64,000 bases of DNA, from assembly GCA_013265495.1 (NCBI GenBank), contig MU058718.1, forward strand, positions 4,361,648 to 4,425,647, read 5' to 3'. This DNA is from Vicugna vicugna. Taxonomy: Eukaryota. The notes below the pieces were generated by a model. It did no database searches. It had not been told where the DNA came from and saw only the letters and a list, made by a program, of their open reading frames with translations. Below are positions 52,901 to 64,000 of this stretch, in pieces. Made by a program: the position numbers and the translations under genes. Numbering within the stretch: the first letter of the stretch is position 1; each line of letters opens with the position of its first letter.

Positions 52901-55900
52901 CCGCTTTTAACTTTCTTTCCTATCCAGACTATGCACAAGCCCTTTCCTATCCATGTGCACTTCATTCTCTTATCAGCAACTTTAATCTCCTTCTCCACTG
53001 ACCCTCTGCTCCACCATCCTGACTAAACTCCAACAGTGGGTCAGTTCAGCCAGCCATGTCCTTTCTGCACCTGCAGCCTGGCGGCCGGCCGGGTGCTGCT
53101 GGAAAAAACCACGCGTCTGCAGACACGGCTCACTGCGTATTGATTCTCCCGGTCTCAGCGGAGCCCTCCCGCGGCCCAGCACTCCCATGTTACACAGCCC
53201 TAGTCGCCATCTGCTCACGGCTGCCTCACAAGCTATGTCAAGTCTTCACCAGGCTTCTTTGTTTGGTTCTGGCGGGTTTGGGTTTTTTGTTTGTTTGTTT
53301 GGTACAAGAAGGAGGGAGTTAATTAGGTTTACTTATTTATTTACTAATTTTTTGATGGAGGTACTGGGGATTGAACCCAGGACGTAGTGCATGCTAAGCA
53401 CACACTCTACCACTGAGCTATCCCCTCCCCCCTCACCACCCTTCTTAAGTTCATATCCTACCTTTTTTTATCAGATGACCTCACTATCAGCCAAAACTTT
53501 CTCCATGCCCTGCCCCCAAACAACAAATTCATGTTTTTATATCTATACTTCCTTCTTTCCCCACTATTTTTAAAGAAAAGTATTCTTTCTCCAGTCGAGG
53601 GACAATTCCGTTACCTATTTGCTAAAATCCATCTCCTCAAGACCCTGCTCCACTAACATTTCCTTCATTTCTTGTGTTTCCAACAACTTCCTTCCCATTG
53701 GCTTCTTCTCCTGAGCATACAAACAAATATGCTCACTCCTTCCTTGGTTTTGGTGCTTGTCCCCAGAAGCCACTCTGGCCTCCACCTTTACTTTTCCAAC
53801 AGCTTCTTAGGACTGCCAAGCTCTGCAGCGCTTCTCAGTCCAGATACGCGGTAACGTCTTTACAGCAAGAAGGCTCTCCACCTCTGGTTCTCTACTCCCT
53901 CAGTGTCGGTGCTCCCATGGGCTCCTGCTTCACCTCCAACTTCTCTGGTCGCTCTCCTTTACCTACTCTGCAAATGTATGAGTTCTTAATGCTTTGTTGT
54001 TGGCTTCATCCTTACTCTTGAAACTGTTCCTGGGCGGAGCTAACCCACATCCACTCATACTCCAGTGATTCTAAAATCTTCCTGTTTGGCCTGGACCTCT
54101 CTCCATATATATATATAACTATTTAGAGGAGAGCTCCACCACAGGTTCCATAAGCAGTTCAAGCTCAATGTGCCCCAAATCAACTTCAACATTTCTACCT
54201 CATCTCACCTTCAAACCCAATGCCTTCGCCATATTTTATCACTAATGCTTCCTTCTTCTTTCCCTTAGCATCCATTCAACTACCAAGCCCATTTTACCTC
54301 CTAAATATCTCTATCTCCCTCCCTTCTCCAGCTCCACTGCCACTTTCTTGATCAGACCTTCACTTTGTGTCTGTCCACTGCAATAATCCCTACCAACTTT
54401 TCTAACCAGTCATATATCCCTCCAATTTCCCATCCACACTGTTGCCAAAGAAATTTTATAACTTGTAATATGAGCATCTCATCCCTCTACTCCAAATATT
54501 TCAAAGCTTGGTGACCTCCTAGGAGTTACTGTAAACTCTTCTGCATGAGAGACACAGGTGCTAGATGACACATGGTATCTGATTTCTTGTCTGCCCTCAT
54601 TTCTTACAACTCCCCACCTCACACGTAGGTCCCAGGGACACTCAAGAATTCGGTTCCCAGAACACACTGTGCTGGTAGATATGTCTTGCCGTAACACCTC
54701 TGCACTGCTTGTTCATAGTAAATTCTTATCTCAAATTCTTCCTCTGCAAAGACCTCCCTAATCTTTGCCATCTTAACCAAGGGCCTTCCTCTCTAGTAGT
54801 CTTACGAACTTTATATATGTTCCTCTTAAAGCAACTTTATTTTTCTATTACAGTTGTTAGAAAGTCTGCCTTCTAAGTTATTAACAATTTATGGGAAAGG
54901 TCATGACTTTTCATTTCAGAGCACAGTGACCTCCCATAGCAGGCAGTCAAATATTCTATTTCTTGACCCCTCCATGTAAAGAACTTGCAGTCTACCCAGG
55001 GAAAGCAGTTATGTTTTTTCACAGAATAAGTAACAATACGTGGCAGGATAAATCATTATAGCAGCTATTTCTAAACTTTGCCCAATGGAATTACCTTCGG
55101 TACTTTCAAAAATTCTAAAGTCCAGACCATACCCCAGGCCAATTAAATCACGGTCTGTGGGGGTGGAACACAGGAATCAATAGTTTTTGACATTCTCCGT
55201 AAGATTCTGATATGCAGACAAGTTAGGGAACCATTGCACTACCAGGCGGAGGGGCTGAGAGAGACTTTAGGAAGGGCAGGTTTGAGCAAGTACGATGGTT
55301 TTCAAGTGGCTGAAGCTGCAGAATGTCTGGAAGTTATAGTCGACCCCCTGACACAGAGCATGTAAACTGCCCTACTCCCACATCCTCACCCCTGTTATTC
55401 CTGCTGCACAAATACCCATGCTTGTTCACTAGGCAACTTCTGTTTCACTCAAACCCTTCCTCCCGACTCTCACAGGCAGAAATAGAGGCTTTGTCTACAA
55501 TCCACCCAGTAAACTTTGTATATATTCCTTGTAAAGTAAAAGTATATGAGCTAAAACACTGTAAGTCACACCACCAATTTAATAACAACTTCAGGGTTAA
55601 AAAACAGAAATTCTACTAAACTAAATCCATATATATGTGTGTGTCTATTATTAGACACACTCTGATTTCAGAAAGGTTAAAATATGAAAAAAGTCTAGGC
55701 CTAGAATCAAAGAAATATAGTATGTTTAACATTCCTATATGAACTAAGTTCAGTTTTACAAACAAAACAAAAATGTGACTATACTATGTATTTCAGTTTT
55801 TTAAAATCTTATTGGTAAGTGGTTCGTTACAAATCTGATTATACTCTATAGAAGATATAAACTTAAATTCAAGTCATAAGCTACCTGAAAAATATTATAA

Positions 55901-58900
55901 ATGTTTCCCAAAAGGGAAGAAGAAAGAAATTATCACAGATTAATAGCATATATACTTTAATGAATTTTCTTACCTGAGTAGGGAATAAGGCTGGGTTTGA
56001 AAGATCAATAAATCATTACAGTGACCCTAGTTAACACAGAAAAGGAGTTATCAAGGCTTTTGGTAAAAATAACAATACATTACTAATTGAATATTTTTAT
56101 TTTATAAATGCAAAAGAAATTATGTAAAGTAACAAATAAATCTCTATTAACCCCCGCAAACACACACACACACAAATACACACGTACCTACTAGCTACAC
56201 AAACTTTGAAAACATGGTTCCCATTTTTTCAGTGACCAAACTTTTACCTAACCACAGCCTATAACTGCACATTTTAAAATTGTAAACATGTTTTTCTCTC
56301 AGAACAGTGGTTTCAGAATGAGAACAGAAGTGGTTTTCAAGTTGTTTTTTAAGCAGAATTCTTTTCTTCAAGATGACTCATTTTAAATTCTCCTCTTTAT
56401 CCTGTCTCCATTTTCCAGATGGTGGATTCCTGGGGAATTCCTAATTTGAAAATCACAGATCTAGAAGATCTTTTGAATAATGGTTCTCTCATCTAAAAGT
56501 GTGGAGTCAGCAGGAAGTTTTTCTCATCCTCTCAAATAGGTCTTTAGAATTTCACAATTTATGACCATGTTTTTAACCAGAATTCATATTTTAGTGATAA
56601 ATTTTGTATACTAAAGATTCTTAGTGCTGAGAAAAAGAAGTCAAACCACAAAATTTGCTTTTTAATTTGATGTAAAGTTGTGGTTTTCATCTTTTACTGA
56701 AGCACTGAATTCTCAGCCAAAGCAAGTTCTGAAGTTTGCCCTATACATACATAATGTTTAAATTGGAGCCCTCAGAACTTTAAAATAAATCAAACACCCT
56801 GGAGAGAAGATACCTTATTGCAGGGTTTGCCACTCATAGAAGCAACTCTGGAGATAATTACTCCTGAAGAGGTAAAAGGACATTGGAGGCACCCACGGGT
56901 GGGCTCTGGCTCCTTGTACCCCAACCCTGATGGCTCAGAGACCTGCTAGTCCCAGTGTCCTATGCAAAGCAGAGCAACCAATCCTGAACTCCTGTCCCAT
57001 CATGTACAGAGCATAAATGTGGCCATCTCTCTGAATTTCCCAACGTGCCCAGACAGAAAGAATAATATGATCCAAATGCTACTCATTTATTCCTTTGATT
57101 TTAATCAGATTTTAAAATTAGAATACTTGAAACTCAGTGTAAAACAGGGGTGAAGCAGTGGCAAAAGGTACATAAAATAAAGAGAAAATACACTTGAAAC
57201 ATTCCAAAGTAGTTTCCTCTTGAAGAAAGAAGCCAGCACTTATGATGTTCTAGTTACTAAGTCAGGGAGCAAATTTCATGAGTACTTATTATTAGCTACT
57301 TAGTAGTTTATATATACATTGCACATGTTCTTTTTAGGTATCAACTGTTGCTTATAAATACTTTAATTCAACAAAATTATAAATGCCTGGACTATGGGGA
57401 GGGTCAAAGAGAAAAGAAAAAGAATAGTCATTCTTTACAAGCTCTTCTTCATAATTTGATAAATGAAGCTAGTAGATCTGTTTTGATTTGCAAACCCAGA
57501 GTATCTTGAAATGCTTCACAAAAGCCACTCATTCTGAAGATTAATTGTGCAACCATGTGACATTTCATGCCCTTCCATATTTTTCAGTGTGGGAATATCA
57601 GTAGTCTTTTTGAACAGCCATTTAGTTTACAAAACACAATTACACAGAGGAAACATTTAGATATGAAATTTTCTTACTGTATCCAAAGAAAGTAAATCAT
57701 CTTTGCTCCCACCAAATACCATTACTTCATTTTCTTTTCCCAAACAGGCTGTGTGCCATAACCTATGATTGAAAATTATAAACAGTGAAATACTATCAAG
57801 GAAGAAACTATACATCACATACAAGTCAATTTTAAAGTGCACACTCTAAAATTTAACCTATTTCCAAAGAGGTGTGATTGAATGCAAGAGGCATAGCCTC
57901 AAGGAGGTTAAGATTTTAAAGATTCCTCTAGAATCACTAGAGAATTAGATTCTAGGGTTCATTAAATTACATTGTTTCAATAAAAGAGATGATTCTCAAT
58001 AACCCTTTCTTATTTTATCCTCCAACATTTTTCTAACCTCTTGACCTCATAGATATTACCATGAAATAAAATTAGTTTAAAAAGAACCAATCAGCTTATT
58101 GCAGACACAGACATCTTTCCCAGTTTTCATATTACTATCTGCCATGTTGCTGTTCCCATCATTTGTCTTTCTTCCCTGTTCTCTGGTCCCCACTGCTGGA
58201 CAAATCCAATCTGTCATATGCTTTACATTTACACTGTCACACTACTTATCACCCTGGGTATAGAATACCATAACACGTTCCTCATTTTTCTGTCTCTAAT
58301 ATCTTTCAGCTACATATAGCTGATAAATAATATTTTTCAAATACTGTCTTCAACCATGGACATTTCCTGATCGGGAAGCATCTGTGCCACTTTTCTTAGC
58401 CTAAAATTTATGATCAACAGTTATTTCTTTTTCCCATAAACCTTTTTTTAAAATTTTTTGTTGGGGAAGTAATTAGGTTTATTTATTTGTTTTTTGATGG
58501 AGGTACTGGGGATTGAACCCAGGACCACATGCATGCTAAGCATGGCACTCTACCACTGAGCTATACCTTTCCCCTTTCCCATAAATCTTAATTTTTGCCT
58601 TTCCCCAAATAAAGCCTCTACTTCAGCCAAGTCCACGTCTTTGTGTCCCCTAAGAGAAAGCTTCAGTCTCTTTCTAGGCTTTTGTTCACCATGCTTCTTG
58701 GGCTTAGAATGAGAAGTCATTCTCTCAGGGCCTTAAAATCAGGCTCAAAATCCCCAGGAAGTGTTCCAAATACCACTCAAATTGGCTCTGATACCCTCTC
58801 TGTTCAGCACCTTTCCACATTTATGTGCTCATTTTATAATCTCCTAACTCACATTTGAAGACAAACTGTTCCATATTCCACTATAATGGTTTGATGCAAT

Positions 58901-61900
58901 TTGTCTTCTAAGTCCGTACAAAGACTAGAAGGTCCCTGAGGTCAGAAATTGCCACAGTGGTGTGCTGGAAAGGGGCCACCAGCTGGTTAAAGTTGACGTG
59001 CCTGTCTCTTTCCAACTCCATGTTCAATGATATTATGGCCGTGGTCAAAATCAGCAAGTGCTACAACTGGGGTTTTTTTGGGTTTTGTTTTTCCTGCACA
59101 CCACTGGAATTTGGGTAATCTAATTTTACGTTCTCCCTAAAGTGTTATTTAATATGGTGTTCTGCATCCCATATGTGCTCAAAAACTTGATTAACAAAAG
59201 CAAACACAAAATACCAACATCATTTATTCAGTGACTAAATAAACAAATAAACTATTTCATAAAGAAATAGAGCACCTAACATTGTTTTGGAAATGGTCTG
59301 ATAGCACATATCCATCTCCAATTTCACATTATTTACCAAAAACAATGTTATGGTTTTATAAAGTTCAACATTTTCGGGGGCTCTAACTCTCAGAAAAAAG
59401 TCCACAGAAATTTCTGAATTTTCAAAAATAAATTAAAAGGTTTACAAAGTCATTGCTTTGACTCTGAGAGTATGTGATTACTTTTCTTAATAGATCAAAT
59501 TGCAACATATTCCCCAAATACATATTATCACTTCTTTTATTACCACATGACTCATTTTTAGTACATTAATCTTTTTTATTTAATTTCCACAAGTGCAAAC
59601 AGTGGGATTATGCACAATTTGTTAAAATAGTTTCTTCAAACAATCATGACACATTCAATGATAAATGCACTTGGGATCCATGATAGAAGTGAGTCATTAG
59701 AAATTTTGTTTGGGAAACACTGTGCCCAATTCTCCAACTTGTATGCCAGAACATAAATGGATACAGATTTTCATCAACACCCAGATTATGTTGTGGGGTT
59801 GGGGATGGCAACTGGAGGAGGGACTGAGCAAAGGAGATAGAATATAACAAAAGCCCCTCGTATATGGGAAGGAATACCTTAATTTCCTGGAGAGAAAGCC
59901 ATGTGTAACTTTGGCAATACTCATGGGATCCAACAGAGCCTAAGACTCGATATATCAACACTTTATTGGACATCTTTTACAGACACACAAAAAAGGGACC
60001 TTGCTGACAGCCACCTACATAGCCAATCAGATATGGCTATATAGATGGCTTTTCATCCGAGCTGGAGAAGAGAGTGCTACACTCTAGGTCAGTGGTTCTC
60101 AACCAGGGATGATTTTGCCCCCAAGGGGACATTTGACAATCCCTGGCGATATTTCTGACTGTCACAATTTCAGGTGCATGTGGCAGGGGAGTGGGCTCAG
60201 GAGCACTGGTGCTACTGGGTAAAGGCCAAAGATACTTCTAAACATCCTGAAGGCATAAGACCCTCCTAACAACAAAGAATAATTTGGTCCAAAATGTCAA
60301 CAGTACCAAAGTGGAGAAACCTTTCTGGAGAATCACAAGAGGAGAATTGGGCAGCTTACATTTCAAATTATAACTTGAAACAGTTCGCACAAAATACATT
60401 TCGGTGTTAAGTAAATTCTTACTTTCATAAAAAACATTAGTATATATATACATATATATGTTCTCCTTACACTAAACTGTACCCCACCTGTTCTCCTTCT
60501 CACCTCATACCTGAAGATAGCTCTGCCTCTGTCTTATCTGCCTTAGGGAAACTCTGGCCTGGACTTCATCACCGAGGAACACTGGAAAGCCTTTCCTGCC
60601 TTGATTTTGGTGACATCTAGCTTGCAACCTGATGTTTTTTCTACAGACTGACAGTTTATGTCCTCTCACAGCTGCTCTAAACTTATTACCTAAACATTCT
60701 AATAAAGCATATTATTTACATGACACATCAGCTGAATTCAAAGAAATCTCTTACATAGCTCAGTTCTAACTAGCATATTATTCATAAGAGTTATATTGCT
60801 CTAATTACTTATTAAGGATTGAAATATAAAATAGGAGCCATTAGAAAGTAAACATATTCTTACTACCACTTTGGTCTATAATTAATGCTTCCATGCAATC
60901 AAACAACTGGGAGAGAACTAAGAGCTCATCTAGTCCAGCTCCCTCGTTTCACAGATGGAGAAACTGATGCTCAACTTTGTTAAGTGACTCTCCCAAAGCC
61001 AAAAAGCTAAGTGGTAGCTGAGCAAGGAATAGAACACTTGGCTCTTGTATTTTAATATAAAACTCTCGAAATTAAAACATATTTCAAAAGACCCAGAATT
61101 GCTAAAATAATACATTCCACTGAATTTTTACAAATGAAAGTATAAGAATCACATACATAATTATGATAAACTCTAAATATATTGTGCATTTAATATAGAT
61201 GTACCTGATGATATATAAAAATATTTTCAGGACTTTTTCTCAAGTAAGTTATGCATCATTTATTAAATGTCCAAAATGTATATCATTAAGTTGACTTCAC
61301 ACTAATATAAATAATCTATAGTAAAAAATTCTGAAATACATGGCATGAAAAAATAAAATTACTAACTTTAATTATTATAATGTGCTGAATTTGAATTTCC
61401 TATGAATATGTTTATTATACTATTCAATCAAATTAGAAAAATCAAATTAGAAAAAATGTGGTCTTCTTTGCAGTCTAATAATAGTATACTTTTATACAAT
61501 TTTTTACTCTATAATATGCCACAAATAACTAAAATATTTTCTTTTTTAAGACATTTACATTAATGAATACATCATACAGTCAATAAAGAAAAATAATTAT
61601 GTCCTCTACTTGATCAACATGAAAGCAATTTCCTCACTAAATTGTTCTAAACCGCTTCCAAAATCAAATAACTACTACTAAAGCCAACCCAATCCTTAAT
61701 GATAAATCCTAAATATTAATGTTATATGATACTTTCAATATCTTAGCCTTTTTATATTTATCATGCAGATCATACATTTACCTAAATAATATCTTCAAAT
61801 ATGTAAATATGGATAGAAACTGAATAAATCATTTCTAAACAAATACAATTTAAATGTTAATTAAATTATTTGGATAACATCAAGCTTATTTGAAAGATAT

Positions 61901-63953
61901 CCTTCCTGATGGTTTCTGGTTTTAATGACAAACACTATATATTCTGTGCTATACTTTTAATACTTTAAAATCTTAACTATTTTACTATTTGTCAACTTCT
62001 AGACTTACCTGGGTTTTGTTTTAGGTAAATGTGTAAGCTGTTTCCAACAGTTTGTTATGACATTATGAATCCAACCATCACCTGTGATATTATGACAGTT
62101 CAGAAATTAAGGTTAGGTCTTTGGGATAGAATTTTCATTTTTTCCCCTAAATTTATCATGCTACCTTTATATGACTATCTTTTGTGTGTGTGCATATTTT
62201 ATCTTAAAAATTCTCAAACATATACAAAAGTAGAGTAAACATGGCAAGGAGCCTTCACATATCCCAGATTCAACAACTATTATGATTTTTACCATGTGTT
62301 CCATTCATCTCTTTTTGTTACTCTTCTTCCTGAATTATTCTAAAGCAATTCCTAGTTGTCTTATCATTTTCCCCACACATATACTTCAGTGGTGCATTTG
62401 CACATTTTTTTTTTACAAAACCGCAATGCCATTATCACATACCACAATGCCTTTGTCATATAATCACTATGCCACTGTCACATAACCACAATGTCATTGT
62501 CACAGCCAACAAAACTAAAAGTAATTTGTTGGTATCATCTAATACCCATATGACTATATCTTAGGCTGAATCTCTGAAGGGGGAACTGACTGGACTAAGA
62601 TTTAGGACATTTAATTCTCCATGGTTCAATGACAAAGAAACAGCAAATAGGATTTTGAAACAGTAGAGCTCATGAAGATACGGTATTAACAACCCCTAGT
62701 AAAATAGACAAATGTTAGTTTTTTCCTTCCAGTTTTATTGAGATACAATTGATGCACAATACTGTGCAAGTTTAAGGTGTATAGATGTTAGTTTTTAAAT
62801 TAGATTCCAAATCTCTTTGAATTAAAACCCTCACAAATTGGAGAAGCATAATAATCTACAATAACCAACACCTCCTACCAGACTGCTGTTCCTCCAACCA
62901 GCCTCTGGAGTTTGTTTCTTGGCTAGCAGACTGCTAGACCCACCGGTGATGCTCAATAAATTTTTATTGAAAAACAAATAGTTGTTTTTAGATCCTATAT
63001 AAAGTTGTATAAATCATTTTAAGGGTATATAAGGTTTCTTAAGGAAAATATCTCTAGCCGTAGAAAATTTCTGAGTTAAATTAAAAGACATTTAATGTGT
63101 CAAAATAAATGGATATTCTTGGTCATTTGTCTATCCTGACAACACAATTTTACTGCTGAAAGAAAAACTACATTACGAAACCCAAGGGGGTTAGCAGTGA
63201 CAGGAGTTAAAAAGCTCTATCTAAGCACTTCCATTTCTAGTTCTGGAACAAAAAGAGAAGCAACTGGCCTTCCCACCTTGTATTTCCAGAGCCTTCTTGG
63301 AAAGGCTGCTTTTCTAATCCCCATTCCAGCCTACAGTGTAAACAACTGGATCAAAAATTAGGAGAACACAATCACAGAACACTAGAGTTGAAAGGGGCTT
63401 TAATTCATCTAGCTTCAGCCACTCCTCCTTTCCCTGTACCTAGGGAACAGGAGGACTTAGAGAGGCAAGGGTACAAAAGCAAAGAGGCCTTCTACTTCTT
63501 TTCTTTTCTTTTCTTTTCTTTTTTTTAATTGAAGCATAGTTGATTTACAATGTTGTGTTAGTTTCTGGTGTACGGCATAGTGATTTGGTCATACATACAC
63601 ACAGACATATTCTTTTTCGGGTTCTTTTTCATTAATAGGTTATCACAAGATATTGAACATAGTTCCCTGTGCTATACAGTAGGACCTTGTTTATCTGCTT
63701 CTAATTCTAACTGATGCAAGCACATAGTTGGGGATAAAGGCAAACCAGAAAATCAGAAAAAGAAAGACATGTTAAGTATCAAATGTAATTCAGTAAAAAG
63801 AGTAAGATGTCAATCATAGGCTATACTTTGATTGACTTACTTAATGGAGTATTGTCAGCACTTAGTCCACCAAATAGGAAAAGCGTATCATCGGCTATTG
63901 CTGTTAAAGTATGCCATGACCGGTGTTTGGGATTTTCTCCATTAATAGGAATC
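49806..63953 (-). CDS. KLHDC1: KLHDC1, kelch domain-containing protein 1; 5'-partial, last five coding exons
   Basis: Spliced frame ...NPKHRSWHTLT...RLWHTACLGKENEVMVFGGSKDDLL...QPYSLLRSCLDCIGKN...CQWISSD* matches recalled KLHDC1; exon phases parallel KLHDC2 exons 9-13. Confidence 0.96.
53280..53432 (-). mobile_element. tRNA-derived camelid SINE (vic-1-like)
   Basis: Same consensus on -. Confidence 0.88.
55061..55236. mobile_element. MER5-like hAT-Charlie MITE
   Basis: CCAATTAAATCA...GATTCTGATATGCAG...GGGAACCATTG. Confidence 0.65.
55974..56026 (-). CDS. KLHDC1: KLHDC1 exon (equivalent to exon 12): GHCNDLLIFQTQPYSLLR
   Basis: aactag / gtaaga, 53 nt. Confidence 0.94.
57678..57762 (-). CDS. 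KLHDC1: KLHDC1 exon (equivalent to exon 11): LWHTACLGKENEVMVFGGSKDDLLSLDT
   Basis: tcatag / gtaaga, 85 nt; within ORF 57657..57842. Confidence 0.95.
58443..58574 (-). mobile_element. tRNA-derived camelid SINE (vic-1-like)
   Basis: Same consensus; TSD TTTCCCATAAA. Confidence 0.9.
58955..59106. mobile_element. MER63-like hAT MITE
   Basis: TIR CAGTGGTGTGCTGGAA / TTCCTGCACACCACTG. Confidence 0.7.
60090..60322. mobile_element. MER20-like hAT-Charlie MITE
   Basis: CAGTGGTTCTCAACCAGGGATGATTTTGCCCCCAAGGGGACATTTG...CCAAAATGTCAACAGT...GAGAAACC. Confidence 0.8.
62009..62081 (-). CDS. KLHDC1: KLHDC1 exon (equivalent to exon 10): DGWIHNVITNCWKQLTHLPKTKPR
   Basis: tcacag / gtaagt, 73 nt. Confidence 0.94.
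62722..62783 (-). mobile_element. Very short L1 3' tail
   Basis: TTTTATTGAGATACAATTGA...AAGTTTAAGGTGTA; flanking ATGTTAGTTTT repeat. Confidence 0.7.
63500..63697 (-). mobile_element. Artiodactyl L1 3' end
   Basis: poly-T, ATAGTTGATTTACAATGTTGTGTTAGTTTCTGGTGTAC...GTTCCCTGTGCTATACAGTAGG; flanking CTTCTA(C/A)TTCT. Confidence 0.85.
63841..63953 (-). CDS. KLHDC1: KLHDC1 exon (equivalent to exon 9): IPINGENPKHRSWHTLTAIADDTLFLFGGLSADNTPLS
   Basis: ccacag / gtaagt, 113 nt. Confidence 0.94.
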
Positions 63954-64000
63954 CTGTGGCAAGGGAAAAAATATAAAAATCTAATCACTGCGCTAGTCAA

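Noticed and set aside
59720..60080. CCAAT and TATA-like motifs (AGCCAATCAG...GCTATATAG) suggesting an LTR or internal promoter
   Set aside because: I could not identify LTR termini or a family; the motifs alone are insufficient

Overview
Mammalian, intron-rich genomic DNA, most likely camelid (many tRNA-derived vic-1-type SINEs and artiodactyl-type L1 3' ends). It holds three protein-coding genes, each reconstructed exon by exon with GT-AG boundaries and consistent phases. (1) The 3' 28 coding exons of NEMF (ribosome quality control factor, Rqc2 homologue) on +, 675..31354. (2) The complete 13-exon, 406-aa KLHDC2 (CRL2 C-degron receptor) on -, 32791..43569, with its CpG-island promoter. (3) The last five exons of its tandem paralogue KLHDC1 on -, 49806..63953. 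NEMF and KLHDC2 converge tail-to-tail, with stop codons about 1.44 kb apart. The rest is L1, L2, MIR, MLT1, DNA-transposon MITEs and one 50-N assembly gap. I see no evidence for a wholly new gene system. The best leads are a candidate 20-nt poison micro-exon in NEMF, other alternative NEMF acceptors, a tailless U6 retrocopy with a perfect 16-bp TSD, an inverted SINE pair around a NEMF exon, and possibly overlapping NEMF/KLHDC2 3' ends. Gene and repeat-family names come from my recall of known sequences, not from a database search.
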